A stretch of DNA of 64,000 nt from a virus (IMGVR_UViG_3300033463_000004:1-64000); one strand, 5' to 3'. Positions 28,467 through 39,767 are shown, counted from the first letter of the stretch. The notes: a model not told the origin generated them from the sequence alone. Made by a program: numbers and translations.

Positions 28467-29722
28467 TAATTTGTACATAATTTCATTACGGTTTGAGGTG
28501 AGAATAATTCTCCAGATGTATTTGACAATACATGTGTTGCATAACATATACGATATGCATCCGCAATTTTTAATCCACGAATAGGTGATTCAAATACAAG
28601 ATTTACACGTGAATTAGGTTTGAACAATGATACATCGATACCAGCACACGATACATCGACACGTGTAATCCTTTCATCCAATCGTGCAGCTTCTTGTATT
28701 GTGAGTGTTGATCGATCTGTCTTATGTAAAATATTTTTTTGTTCTATTGGAGAAATGTATCTTGAGATATTAGAGCTATCTTTCAATCTATTTAAATCTG
28801 TATAATTCATTTGTAATGTATTTAAATTAATCGAAGATAATCTTTCTGGATTTAAAACACGTTCAATATCAGATTCTGTTAATACTGACACATTGATTGC
28901 TTGTGTTTGAATTTGATATATTCCACCAGAATAAAACATTCCTGATTCTGTCATACCGTCATTCTTTTCTGATCTAACATAAATCGGAATTGTCGTTGTT
29001 CCATTATATGCAGATGTATCAGATAAATATATTTGATTTTGATGATCCATGTACAATAATCCACCATGAGGATATAAACCATACATATGATCAAAATAAG
29101 AGAATGCATCTATAGCCGTTAAATTCGGGATTAGTATTTGATCATATCGTTTTTGATTTTGAATTGGGTCAATCGTTATCTTGTTTTCTGGCAATCCAAC
29201 AAGATTCATCAGAATATCTTCACACACTGTTCCAACTGTAGAATCTCTATAAACAGCATGTGTTTTTGAACGCATTGCATGAATGATTTCTGGCCAAAAA
29301 ATATAAATTTCAAATGGCACCTTTGAATCAACGTTCAAATCTGTTGAATCACGGAGACCCATTTTAAATTGATCAAATTTTGATACTGGTATATTCTTAT
29401 TTTCAATATAGCCATAACCAGATATAGAAATTTCATCAGTTGGATAAACCAAAGATGTTGTATTAGTATCTTTATCTGTTTTATACACGCCGCCAGTTAA
29501 TGTCATTCCAATCGTTGTATCATCTGGATTTTCATTTAAATTCTCGATCAAGTTCATATCGGCATAAACTCTGACACGAATAATTGGATATGTTGCAGTA
29601 TCATATTGATTGATAATTGCAATTGATACAATATCTGAACCGGATAATTTCTGTTTGAATGATGTACCTGATGCGATCCATCCATTCAATTTATACATGA
29701 CATTATATACAGCATTTCCCAT
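28466..29722 (-). CDS. Probable virion (baseplate hub-like) protein
   Basis: 418 aa, beta-rich; YDQILIPNL and C-terminal FKPNSRVNLVF..YRI...THV pattern resemble hub proteins. Confidence 0.45.
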   Translation of the reverse strand: MGNAVYNVMYKLNGWIASGTSFKQKLSGSDIVSIAIINQYDTATYPIIRVRVYADMNLIENLNENPDDTTIGMTLTGGVYKTDKDTNTTSLVYPTDEISISGYGYIENKNIPVSKFDQFKMGLRDSTDLNVDSKVPFEIYIFWPEIIHAMRSKTHAVYRDSTVGTVCEDILMNLVGLPENKITIDPIQNQKRYDQILIPNLTAIDAFSYFDHMYGLYPHGGLLYMDHQNQIYLSDTSAYNGTTTIPIYVRSEKNDGMTESGMFYSGGIYQIQTQAINVSVLTESDIERVLNPERLSSINLNTLQMNYTDLNRLKDSSNISRYISPIEQKNILHKTDRSTLTIQEAARLDERITRVDVSCAGIDVSLFKPNSRVNLVFESPIRGLKIADAYRICYATHVLSNTSGELFSPQTVMKLCTN

Positions 29723-29825
29723 AATATCACCTCATTCAATTTATAAAGTCCTTCGACTTTTTTATAAGCCCGTATACTATATTACGGATTATTTTTTTTT
29801 ATTTTAATAGAAAGGAACAAAGATT

Positions 29826-30782
29826 ATGGCGATTATATTTCAAGAAGCGGCAGTAAATCTGCCGCGGCTTTCTCAATCATCTCTTTATAATAAATTTGAT
29901 CAGCAATCCAAAATCACTCAGATTTGGCGTGAGGCTATCGCAAATAAAGAGAATTATGTTACTCCAGATACTCTGAAGGAAATCATGTCTTTGATTCGTT
30001 TAAATGGTTCTCCAAATGCAAAGAAAGCAACCAAAATGTTTGAAGACGGTAGAATGAAAATTATCTTTGATAAAGATCGGTCAAAGATTCCCGCAGTTCT
30101 TCCTTACATTATTACACAAGGAAAAGACGGACGATCAACTGCATATGTATTTGCAGACAGAGTCGTTACCAATATTACATCAACGGCGGAATATCCGAAC
30201 TTGATGGCAACTATGGAAGCAGCGTATCTCGCAGCTGCATTGGTTGAATCACCTTCACAGTTCTTATTGAACAGACAGCTAGTTCTCAATCTGTGTGCAT
30301 TATACAATTATCTGTGGCTGATGCCTCTTGAACAGAAATTGTACATCAAAGGTGAAAACCTCACAAAAGTTCAGATGTATGTTTCAGCTTATTTCTATCG
30401 CATGATTGATGGTGATAAGATGGGACCAACAACAATACCATTCAATCGTCTTCTGAAAGATAAAGTGAGTGGCGAACAAATCAAGCAGATTACAACCGAA
30501 GTGTCTATGATGCCATCCATGAATATCGGAAATCTGATCTCATTAATCAAACAGATCAATCCGGTCAGATACAAAGATTTGGATGCAACATTCATGAATT
30601 ACTTTGTTCAATCTTGTGGTACACCTTTGATTTTTGCTTTGGAGAATCTTCAGTATTTATTCTTACTGGTGACTTCTGCGAATTATAAAACAAAGGTTAC
30701 TGCATATGCTCTGAATAAGAGTGCTTCCGATACTGTCAAGAGATGTATGTCTAATTTGAACGGTATGGATATCAAAGTCTGA
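29826..30782 (+). CDS. Hypothetical protein (portal operon)
   Basis: AAAGGA SD; 318 aa. Confidence 0.7.
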   Translation: MAIIFQEAAVNLPRLSQSSLYNKFDQQSKITQIWREAIANKENYVTPDTLKEIMSLIRLNGSPNAKKATKMFEDGRMKIIFDKDRSKIPAVLPYIITQGKDGRSTAYVFADRVVTNITSTAEYPNLMATMEAAYLAAALVESPSQFLLNRQLVLNLCALYNYLWLMPLEQKLYIKGENLTKVQMYVSAYFYRMIDGDKMGPTTIPFNRLLKDKVSGEQIKQITTEVSMMPSMNIGNLISLIKQINPVRYKDLDATFMNYFVQSCGTPLIFALENLQYLFLLVTSANYKTKVTAYALNKSASDTVKRCMSNLNGMDIKV

Positions 30783-30796
30783 AAGGATGATGTTCA

Positions 30797-32659
30797 ATGC
30801 CCATCTCAACATATCCGGATCCAATCAATGCAGTAGATGCTATAGGTAAAGTAATCACTGCATTGGATGCGGTCAATACTGTGTATCGGGCAGTTCGTGA
30901 TCAAACAACATCTGGTCCTTCTCGCAAAACATCAAGTACACACACTGACAATCCTTATCCACGGAATGGTAGTGATAGTGCAGAAACTCATGCATATTAT
31001 TTAAATGGAACATATACAGCTCGATCGAATTTTCCAATTGGTGGTCCTTTATATACTTCCATTAATCCACGTGATATTTATCCTTGGATGCATACTGTAG
31101 GTGCTGCACAGAATAGTGTACTTGAAGCCAAATATAATGGTAATATGATATATGCAATTCAAAAAGACAATCATATTACTTCGAATTCATCGTTTGATCC
31201 GATATATGATCCCGAAACTTTAAAACAGATTTCTGCCGGTAATTTTGGAGTCGGTATTTATCCAATTGAAGAAATTGTTCCCGGTGTTGATTCACCGTTT
31301 GCAAAATGGAATTTGCAATATCGTCAATCAAATGTTTTCCAATTCCAAGGATCTGTTACTCCTATAAACCCTGAAGGTGATCCTGAAAAGCATTATATTA
31401 TGACACAGGGATTGGAAAACTCTGACAAACGAAATGCGAATGTCACATTGAGTGCAACCAATGAAGCAATGGCTTCACCAGAAACACCAACATCCCCACT
31501 TCATCCATTTTTACGTTCATATTCTGAACGTTCGCATGATGCGATTGTTACAATGTATAATCGCACACGTTTACCAATTGCAGATATTGAACATCGTAAA
31601 GCATTTCGATATATTTTTATCACTCGACCAGAATGTTATTTATTATCGACTGACGGTGATTTATCTGTACAAGCTGCACAGGATGAAGATACTGCAACAT
31701 GTTGGATGAGGATGCCTCATGTTCTTCGTGCATTATCACCAGTCTATGTTTGTCCTGCTCCAGGAAATCCAAAATATGCAAACTGGAATTATCTGTTATG
31801 CAACCGAGTATTAGGTATGTCAACAGCTGGTCAGACTTTGAGTGTATTGGATTCTATCACAAAAGGTGTTCGTGGCGCAACTGTTACACCTGGAAAGATC
31901 ATGACATCAAATCTTGGTGGTACATTGGAATTATCTTTCCGAGATACAAAATATATGGATGTATATGAAATGATTCGTATGTGGATGTGGTACATTCATA
32001 AACGAAGAACCGGACAATTCTTTCCATCGTTTAATGGATATCAAAAAACGAATGATGGTTTTGCAACAGGAATTGCCCGTCAACATATGCATCCATATGA
32101 TCGTGCATTGGAATACTGTGCATCGATTTATGACATCATTACAAATGAAACTGGTACAAAGATTTTGTATTGGTGTAAATATTATGGTGTATATCCTGTT
32201 AGCTGCCAGAATGGTATGTTATCAAGTGACAATGCTACTGCTATTACTGGTGATGCTCGTATATCTGCGTCATTCCAATATCAATATAAACAAGAAAATG
32301 TTTATAAGAACCTGATTGAATTCAATTATAATGCGGGCATTTTCGATAACATGGGTCATATGTATTCTGATGTACAAGCACATTTGCAAAATGCAGTACC
32401 GTTCTTATATCGTGAGAATTATTCTGGCGGTGGAGATACTACATCAAATGTGTTACGTAATTATATCGGTGCATCAAGTATGATGACGGGATCTCCTTTC
32501 ATCATATCAGAATCCAGTAGTCAACATGATCCATGGAAATGGAGTAATGATGACATTGTTCAAAATAATCTGTGCTTCTTACCAGCACAAGTAGTTGATA
32601 CAAAATTGGCATCTAAGATGACACTTGGTATCACGAATGAAATGTCAGTTAGATTATAA
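30797..32659 (+). CDS. Probable baseplate / tail-tube-fold virion protein
   Basis: YIFITRPE, LELSFRDT..DVYEMIRMW..YI, YYGVYPVS resemble tube/baseplate-junction proteins. Confidence 0.55.
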   Translation: MPISTYPDPINAVDAIGKVITALDAVNTVYRAVRDQTTSGPSRKTSSTHTDNPYPRNGSDSAETHAYYLNGTYTARSNFPIGGPLYTSINPRDIYPWMHTVGAAQNSVLEAKYNGNMIYAIQKDNHITSNSSFDPIYDPETLKQISAGNFGVGIYPIEEIVPGVDSPFAKWNLQYRQSNVFQFQGSVTPINPEGDPEKHYIMTQGLENSDKRNANVTLSATNEAMASPETPTSPLHPFLRSYSERSHDAIVTMYNRTRLPIADIEHRKAFRYIFITRPECYLLSTDGDLSVQAAQDEDTATCWMRMPHVLRALSPVYVCPAPGNPKYANWNYLLCNRVLGMSTAGQTLSVLDSITKGVRGATVTPGKIMTSNLGGTLELSFRDTKYMDVYEMIRMWMWYIHKRRTGQFFPSFNGYQKTNDGFATGIARQHMHPYDRALEYCASIYDIITNETGTKILYWCKYYGVYPVSCQNGMLSSDNATAITGDARISASFQYQYKQENVYKNLIEFNYNAGIFDNMGHMYSDVQAHLQNAVPFLYRENYSGGGDTTSNVLRNYIGASSMMTGSPFIISESSSQHDPWKWSNDDIVQNNLCFLPAQVVDTKLASKMTLGITNEMSVRL

Positions 32660-32676
32660 TAAAAGGAGGTGAGCAT

Positions 32677-35058
32677 ATGGCACAGCAAAAAGAATCCAAT
32701 GAGGAACGTCTGATACATGGCTTGATGAATGATATTACCGGTGGAGATATTGTAATGTCAAAGGATGAATTGTCCACGACAATTTCCAATATTCTCCGCA
32801 AGTATAATCTGTCAACAGATTTATCATTCATCGAAAAGATTGCAACAATGAAGTTCCCTGATTCTAATGAGAAGATATCAATTGATATGCTTCCAAAAGA
32901 ATTAACCGATGCTGCATTCTTACCTGTAACAACAATCGCAGATATCGCATTGCGTCAAGATCTCGATATGGTTGTATCACAGATTCCTGAATGGTACAAT
33001 GCGTTGATTGTTACACGTGATGCAATATGTGAATCTGATATTGTCGATGGTACATTAGCACGTACAATCAATTTTGATAAAACGAAATTGATTGATGTCG
33101 CTGAGCAGACTGTTATGGCGAAGATTGAAGCAACTGAAGAAAAGCTTCGTCTTCATTCTATCATCAAGAATCATATTGTATACAATACATTGTTCTATGG
33201 TGAAGGATATGTTTATTGCGTACCATATGCAAAAGTATTTGAGGACCTGTATAAGTACAGACTGCAACAGAGTGAACGAAAAGATCCTCGAAATACTGTC
33301 GCAAGCATGTTCGAAACTTCATCTTCCTTAACTGGATATGGTTATGGATATGGCGAATCCGCTGTTGAAAAATCATTGAAAGATACATATGGAAAAGTTG
33401 TTCAAGAACAATCTGCAAATGGAAAACAAGTAACACAGGAAGCTTCGTTGTTTTCTGAACAAGAAATCATTGAGATTATTCCTGGTTATCATGGCAAAAC
33501 TTTAACCGAAGAACAAAAAGAAGACATTGTTCCAGATGAGAGTCGTGATAAGTTGTTCGATGAATATGTTGATGATATCGCACGTAATATCAGATACATA
33601 GAAAAGGATATCGCACTTCCGGTTATTGAAGAATCTGCTCTTGACTTAAAACGTGCTTATGACGTAAAATATCAAGACAGAGGATTTGTTCAAGAGACTA
33701 ATAAAGTCTTCGAAACTGTCATGACAGACGGTGTGATTGGTGATGATATCTCAAAAGAATTCCAGAATGTTAAAGGTGTTTATCTCAAGATATTACCTGC
33801 AACAAAATTGATTCCAATCCGTATTGATCGAACTGTTATTGGTTATTATTATATTTCCGATTTAACACGTCCTGATGATGCGGGCGAACGTCGTAACTCT
33901 GGATTATCTGGATATACATTGAGAACACCTTCTATTGGACATGATACATTTTCTCCGGATAAAATGTTATGTGAAAGACTTGCTTCAAAGATTATCAGTA
34001 ATTTCAATTTGAAATTTATGCGTGATAATACCGCATTGCATCAACAAATCGTTGCAATTCTAGAATCACATAAATTCAATGAAGCAATGATGCGTTTCAT
34101 CTATATTCCTGCAGAAAATGTTTGTCAATGCACAATTAATGAAGATGGTGCAGGCAAAGGTCATTCGATGCTTGAAGGTGGTTTGATTACTGCAAGAATG
34201 TATATGTTCTTGAAGATGTATTCCATTCTGTGGCAAATCAATAATTCAGCAATTCGTGTGTATAATTTGCGTTCATCTGGAATTGATAAGAACTACAAAC
34301 AGTTCATTCAACAGTTGATTCGTAAATTCTCTGCACGTCGTGTTACATCAAATGATATTTTCAATTACAGATCTTCATTAACCAAAGTCTCTGGTGGTTC
34401 AGAACTTGTTCTTCCTATGGGACCAAACAATGAGGCACCTGTTACAATTGAAAATATTCCTGCTGCAGAAGCACCATTGAATACAGATCTGTTGGATAAA
34501 CTTCATGAAGAAGCAATCAATTCAACACCAGTTCCCGCAATCATGGTTAAGAATGGTGGAGTGACGGAAGTTGAATTCTCTAAAGAAGTTGAATTATCTA
34601 ATACACGATTTGTTTCATTTATTTCTTCATGTAAGATTGATTTCAATCGTGATATCACAATGCTGTATCGTAAGATACTTCGTTGGGAGACGGATATTGA
34701 TCCAGAGATTATTCATGATTTGAAATTTGTATTCCATATGCCTGCGGCAAAAACGCTGTCGGTTACATCAGATATGATTTCAAATTTTGAAGCTGTCTTC
34801 CAATTGGCATATACAACATTCTTGACGAAGAAAGAACAACAAAATGAAGATGGTAATGATGATCCGATTTCTGATATCATGCGGAATTACAAGAAACTGA
34901 TGATTGGCAAATATTTGCCACAAATCGACGTTGAAGAACTCGAGAAGATGGCAAATGAAGCTCGCGAAGAAACCAATAAGATGAAACTTGATAAAACTGC
35001 TCCTGAACAGAATCTGATTGATAGTTCTAATTTACCAGAGGAAGGAGCTGAAGCATAA
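32677..35058 (+). CDS. Portal protein (jumbo-phage type)
   Basis: TLFYGEGYVY, LIPIRI...IGYYYI, AINSTPVP....EFSKEVELSNTRF; 793 aa; close to terminase. Confidence 0.7.
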   Translation: MAQQKESNEERLIHGLMNDITGGDIVMSKDELSTTISNILRKYNLSTDLSFIEKIATMKFPDSNEKISIDMLPKELTDAAFLPVTTIADIALRQDLDMVVSQIPEWYNALIVTRDAICESDIVDGTLARTINFDKTKLIDVAEQTVMAKIEATEEKLRLHSIIKNHIVYNTLFYGEGYVYCVPYAKVFEDLYKYRLQQSERKDPRNTVASMFETSSSLTGYGYGYGESAVEKSLKDTYGKVVQEQSANGKQVTQEASLFSEQEIIEIIPGYHGKTLTEEQKEDIVPDESRDKLFDEYVDDIARNIRYIEKDIALPVIEESALDLKRAYDVKYQDRGFVQETNKVFETVMTDGVIGDDISKEFQNVKGVYLKILPATKLIPIRIDRTVIGYYYISDLTRPDDAGERRNSGLSGYTLRTPSIGHDTFSPDKMLCERLASKIISNFNLKFMRDNTALHQQIVAILESHKFNEAMMRFIYIPAENVCQCTINEDGAGKGHSMLEGGLITARMYMFLKMYSILWQINNSAIRVYNLRSSGIDKNYKQFIQQLIRKFSARRVTSNDIFNYRSSLTKVSGGSELVLPMGPNNEAPVTIENIPAAEAPLNTDLLDKLHEEAINSTPVPAIMVKNGGVTEVEFSKEVELSNTRFVSFISSCKIDFNRDITMLYRKILRWETDIDPEIIHDLKFVFHMPAAKTLSVTSDMISNFEAVFQLAYTTFLTKKEQQNEDGNDDPISDIMRNYKKLMIGKYLPQIDVEELEKMANEAREETNKMKLDKTAPEQNLIDSSNLPEEGAEA

Positions 35059-36503
35059 TGCGAATTGAAAAGACTACAACAGGTGTTATTATCAAAGATC
35101 CAACAAATGAAGTCAAACGGAAATGTTTGCAATATTTCACGCTTCAGAACCCTACTCGTGAATTCTTTGTTTATTCAGGTAATGACCCAGATAACAAACC
35201 AATTCTGGGTCATGAACATGACGTAATCTATATTACGTCAGGATTTTTAAAAATCAATGATCCTGAAATTAAAAAACTCAAAATTGATTCAACCAAACAA
35301 TACTTGACACCAAAACAAATCACGTTGACAATGAATCGAACGCCGCGTTCAAAATTACAAGAAGATTGCATTCGAATGATTACAACTTCAGAAGCTTCAA
35401 AAATTACAATGGAGCTAAAACCTGGAGTCGGCAAAACCTTTATAGCATTATATGGTGCATCAAAACTTGGATTGAAACCTTTGATCGTTGCGCCAACATC
35501 ACTGTTGAAGAATCAATGGATTGATAATATCGTTGAACTCGGTATTGATAAATCCGATATTGCAACAAAGATTTGGGATGCACCCGAAAAGAAAGTTTGT
35601 GTTGTTACAATATCTTCACTTGAAGGTGCTGTTCGTGATGATTGGAATGGGCTTATGAAGACTTTGGATTCAGCAGGTTTTGGAATCAAAGTCATTGACG
35701 AAGCTCATCTTCATCTGAAAGGAATCTTAAAGTTTGATGCATTATGTAATATCAAACATAACTGGTATCTATCAGCAACACTCGGAAGATCTGATCCATC
35801 TGAAGACAGAATCCTAAATCGTGCTTTAGCAGATGCAAAACGATTCATTGGTAATTCTGCATATGAAGAATATCAAAAAGAATATGTCCAAGTATATCTG
35901 CAAGACATTTATTATTTCCCATCATCTAAGCTGTGTAATAAATGTTTCAAGTATGGTTCAAAAGGTTTGATACGTGCTTCATACTATCGTATGTTGATGG
36001 AATACAGGAACGGCCAACCCTTCATCAATAATGTTATCAATGTCATTAAACGTGCAAAAAGCATTATTAATTATGATGGAAAGATTCTTGTTCTTGTTCC
36101 ATTAATCGATATTATCGATAAGATTATTCTTGCAATGAAAGCCGATCCATACTTTAAGAATTATACGTTTGCAGGTGTTGATGGTTCAATGCCATTATCA
36201 AAACGACGTGATGCAATGGAATCAAATTTCATTTTATCAACATCATTGTCAATGGGAACCGGCGTTGACGTATCGAATCTTGGAGTTGTTGTTAATTTTG
36301 ACCAATATTCTTCATCAATTATCGGAGAACAAATCTTCGGACGTTTACGTGACAGAGGAAAAGAGACATACTATATCGACGTTTGTGACCATGTAAAACA
36401 AGCATCAATGCTTGCTCGATGGGGAAAGAAGCGTCGTTTATTGATTCCATATTATCCAGGTGCAAAACGTGACATGAAGAAATTTCCTGTTATATATTGC
36501 TAA
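35058..36503 (+). CDS. SF2 DExH helicase (UvsW-like)
   Basis: PGVGKT, IDEAH, LSAT, GTGVD, QIFGRLR. Confidence 0.88.
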   Translation: MRIEKTTTGVIIKDPTNEVKRKCLQYFTLQNPTREFFVYSGNDPDNKPILGHEHDVIYITSGFLKINDPEIKKLKIDSTKQYLTPKQITLTMNRTPRSKLQEDCIRMITTSEASKITMELKPGVGKTFIALYGASKLGLKPLIVAPTSLLKNQWIDNIVELGIDKSDIATKIWDAPEKKVCVVTISSLEGAVRDDWNGLMKTLDSAGFGIKVIDEAHLHLKGILKFDALCNIKHNWYLSATLGRSDPSEDRILNRALADAKRFIGNSAYEEYQKEYVQVYLQDIYYFPSSKLCNKCFKYGSKGLIRASYYRMLMEYRNGQPFINNVINVIKRAKSIINYDGKILVLVPLIDIIDKIILAMKADPYFKNYTFAGVDGSMPLSKRRDAMESNFILSTSLSMGTGVDVSNLGVVVNFDQYSSSIIGEQIFGRLRDRGKETYYIDVCDHVKQASMLARWGKKRRLLIPYYPGAKRDMKKFPVIYC

Positions 36504-36511
36504 ACGGAATG

Positions 36512-36682
36512 ATAATCCGGAATGTTCCTTCTCCGTTTTCATACAAGGTTTGGCCGCCTTGTTTTCGCCGTAAGCGGGACGGCGATTTGCTGTGTTTTCC
36601 TCCTTGAGAACAGTGCATAATACACCATTCGAAAACATTCCGGATTATTTGATAATTTATGTGGGGGCGAAAGCCCCCACAT
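36512..36682 (+). ncRNA. Structured small RNA candidate A
   Basis: 15-bp terminal stem 36512-36526/36634-36648 enclosing three hairpins; AACG-N6-TA at 36503-36514; GAAA-loop hairpin 36659-36682. Confidence 0.6.
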
Positions 36683-36696
36683 TATCAATATATCAT

Positions 36697-36727
36697 ATTT
36701 TCATATATATATTATTATTATGAATAA
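36697..36727 (+). promoter_or_regulatory. Extended early promoter, identical to an inverted copy at ~21853-21883
   Basis: attttcatatatatattattattatgaataa at both sites. Confidence 0.7.
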
Positions 36728-36839
36728 GAGATAATCTATACAAATGGATTGTTTCATATTCATAATAAGAAGGGTATTTATACCCTATAACAATTAAATC
36801 TCTCACGCCACGAGGGATAAAAATGAGGAGGATATAGTC

Positions 36840-37202
36840 ATGAAGAAATATTTTGATGAAATCTCGGAACTTGGCGAGAAATTTGAGAGAACAATCTCTC
36901 AAGCTGTAGACATCGTTGCTGACATGAAATCGGTAACGTCTGCATGGATTGCGGCAGCAGACGCAATCCGAGCAAAAGAAATGGTCGGACTGTTGTCCGG
37001 CGAGAAGCTGGAAAAAGCCAAAGACAATCTAATGCCGGCATTTTTGTCGACAGAAGATAAAACATCGTTTGATGAGGTATATGAAAATATGACCTCATCT
37101 ATCAAAGATTTGGACAAACTGATGTCCAAAGTATCGTTGATTCTCTTCGAAGAGAATCAAAATCATCAGGAAGAAAATCATCAGGAAAAGGAGGAAAACT
37201 AA
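36840..37202 (+). CDS. Hypothetical early protein
   Basis: GAGGAGG SD; structured leader. Confidence 0.75.
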   Translation: MKKYFDEISELGEKFERTISQAVDIVADMKSVTSAWIAAADAIRAKEMVGLLSGEKLEKAKDNLMPAFLSTEDKTSFDEVYENMTSSIKDLDKLMSKVSLILFEENQNHQEENHQEKEEN

Positions 37203-37203
37203 A

Positions 37204-37551
37204 ATGACACTTGACGACATCAAAGAGTCTCTCGAAAAGAGACTCGAAAATCTTCTTAACTCTGGTGGGGAGGTAGACTTCCCGAATGGGAAGGCCATCA
37301 AAATTGAGGGCCCGCGTGGAGCGGCAGTCCTCATTACAGGCCTGCTCGCAGGTGTTGGCACCGCGATCGCTGCTGCAATTGTGACTAAACCGGTTGCAGT
37401 CGCAGCCGATGCAGTCAACCGCCTTGTGCGGGACGGTACTGAACTCCGCAATGCAATCACGGATTATCGTGATTGCAAACGAGGAATCTATCCGTTTCCG
37501 GATCAAACGATTCCGGAACCGGAAACATCAGAAGAGGATGCGGGGGATTAA
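37204..37551 (+). CDS. Hypothetical protein with hydrophobic segment
   Basis: AAGGAGG SD; AAVLITGLLAGVGTAIAAAIV. Confidence 0.75.
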   Translation: MTLDDIKESLEKRLENLLNSGGEVDFPNGKAIKIEGPRGAAVLITGLLAGVGTAIAAAIVTKPVAVAADAVNRLVRDGTELRNAITDYRDCKRGIYPFPDQTIPEPETSEEDAGD

Positions 37552-37577
37552 CCCCCGCATCTCATCTTTTTTTTTTG

Positions 37578-39707
37578 TTAAAAGTTTTGATTTACACTTG
37601 TGAAATATGCATAATCAGATGCATCCAATAAATCAACAGGAGGATTATCTCCACCGTAATCTTGACGTTTATATCCATATACATCATATCCATTATTTGA
37701 AAATCCTGATGCACGGCTATTGTCCATGTTTTCTCGTAACAATTGATTTTCAAATCCATTTGGATCTTTGTATGGAATGATATTGTTGATTTGCTGCTCA
37801 GATAATTCTTTATCATATTCTGCAACTTCACGTCTTGCATTTTTAAATGTACATAAATCTTTATGTATGCCAAAGCGTTCCAATTTGAAACCAAAATAGA
37901 AAATATATAGCACATGGTTATATGCCATGACCAAGTCATCATGACAACCAGAAGCAGCTTCAATTTTTCCATTCTTTGCACGAACAAGATTCATGATATC
38001 AAATGATAAACACTTTGTTGTTAAAAGTTCTTTGTAATCATGAACATGTGATTTCAACAGAACAAACATCTTTTCACGAATCGCAGTTGTAAGATATGTA
38101 CCAATGTATCCTTTTTCAATTGCTTTCCGTTTTACAGTCATTTCATTTGTTTCATTTTTTGTAATTGCATTCTTAGATGCATCCAATTTTGGATCATGAT
38201 AGAAACGATGTTCCAAATTGGATTCTTGTACAAAGTCAACAATTGCAGTACCCAAATTATTTGTTTCAATAATAAAGATACATGATGGAATCAGCTTTGC
38301 AACCTCAATTATGACACGCATTAAATCCAATGGTCCTAAGAATGGGGATACCAATTCACCAACAACTTGGAACGTATATGGATGAACAACAATCAATGCT
38401 GTATTATCTCCATTCTTTCCAGATGCAGGGTCGATACCAACCATGTATGGAAGCTTGATATCATAATACGGTGTATTTGATGTCAGACTCTTATGAACAA
38501 TTTGATGTTCATAAACTAAGAAATGATATTTATTCAATATCATGATGTCATGATCCGGTTGACGTGTATGTTGTGCAATATAATCAATGTCAGCTTGCTC
38601 GAAAAGAACACCTTCATCACCACGATATCTTTGTAACAAAACACCACGACGATATTCGTTGATCGTTCCTTTTTTGACAGCTTCGTAGTATTGTTCTTTT
38701 AACCAGTTTTCATCTTTGCGTAATTGTTTATAATTAAACTCGATATAGAACATAGATACTGGTATACGATCTTTATCGTCATCGTCAGCTTGAGGAATAC
38801 TCTTCATATGTTCAATTTCAGCATCAGTTTTGTCATAAATATGTTCGTCAAATACAGGAAGATTGTCAATAATTTTCTGGAAGTCAATTCCTTCTTGTGT
38901 TTCGAGGTTTCCAGGTGTGGAAGCATACATGATACATGAACGTATACCCATTTCTCTAGCAGTGATACGTGCCTGAACGATTGTCGGGTTGGCACCATCG
39001 ATGAATTGTTTCATATAAGAAATAAACTCACATTCATCAAAGAAACCTGCATAAAGTGAAAGACCACGAGATTTATCTTCTGCAACAGATTCTGAACGTG
39101 CTGCAGAAACAGTTGCAATTGAGCAGTTGTGTGCTTCATACCGAAGTGACTGAAGACCTGGTAGATGTTTTGCATTTGCCCATGGATTCATGTATTTCGG
39201 TAGAGCTGTGATATAATCACGCAGAATACCAACATTGTCCATACATCGTTTTTCTGTACGATGCATGTATGGAATATCGACATTTCGATATTCAAATAAC
39301 ATCATATATGAAACAATTGATGTCAGTACTGTCGTCTTATAAGTTTGACGAGGTTGTACAAGTTCGAAATCGAAACTATGAATGAATGACCATATTGCGG
39401 CACAACCAGCTCTATGTAAATACAATGGAACCGCGCCTGCACCACGGATCGGTATTCTGACAACTTCTCTAAAATAAAACCATGGATTACTTTTACATTC
39501 AGCAACAATTCTTCCTATATTTTCTGCAGTAATATTTGGATCATATGGGTCGATGTCTTGTACACCTAAATGTGGAAAGGAAACTTCTAACATGAAATAC
39601 CAATTTTTGATACCAAGTGTTTTTAATTCTTGTGCTGTTAACAAAAAAGATTGGTTTTTTGTTCCAAAATCATAATATTTATTTCCAATTCGTTTGATAT
39701 CTGACAT
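37578..39707 (-). CDS. Terminase large subunit
   Basis: PRQTYKTT Walker A, FFDECEF Walker B, YASTPG, VGIDPASG and HDDLVMA nuclease motifs; start 39707-39719. Confidence 0.9.
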   Translation of the reverse strand: MSDIKRIGNKYYDFGTKNQSFLLTAQELKTLGIKNWYFMLEVSFPHLGVQDIDPYDPNITAENIGRIVAECKSNPWFYFREVVRIPIRGAGAVPLYLHRAGCAAIWSFIHSFDFELVQPRQTYKTTVLTSIVSYMMLFEYRNVDIPYMHRTEKRCMDNVGILRDYITALPKYMNPWANAKHLPGLQSLRYEAHNCSIATVSAARSESVAEDKSRGLSLYAGFFDECEFISYMKQFIDGANPTIVQARITAREMGIRSCIMYASTPGNLETQEGIDFQKIIDNLPVFDEHIYDKTDAEIEHMKSIPQADDDDKDRIPVSMFYIEFNYKQLRKDENWLKEQYYEAVKKGTINEYRRGVLLQRYRGDEGVLFEQADIDYIAQHTRQPDHDIMILNKYHFLVYEHQIVHKSLTSNTPYYDIKLPYMVGIDPASGKNGDNTALIVVHPYTFQVVGELVSPFLGPLDLMRVIIEVAKLIPSCIFIIETNNLGTAIVDFVQESNLEHRFYHDPKLDASKNAITKNETNEMTVKRKAIEKGYIGTYLTTAIREKMFVLLKSHVHDYKELLTTKCLSFDIMNLVRAKNGKIEAASGCHDDLVMAYNHVLYIFYFGFKLERFGIHKDLCTFKNARREVAEYDKELSEQQINNIIPYKDPNGFENQLLRENMDNSRASGFSNNGYDVYGYKRQDYGGDNPPVDLLDASDYAYFTSVNQNF

Positions 39708-39767
39708 CGAAACCATCACCTCCTATCAATAAGCGTTATAGTATCGGTATAAAAAAAATATAGAATA

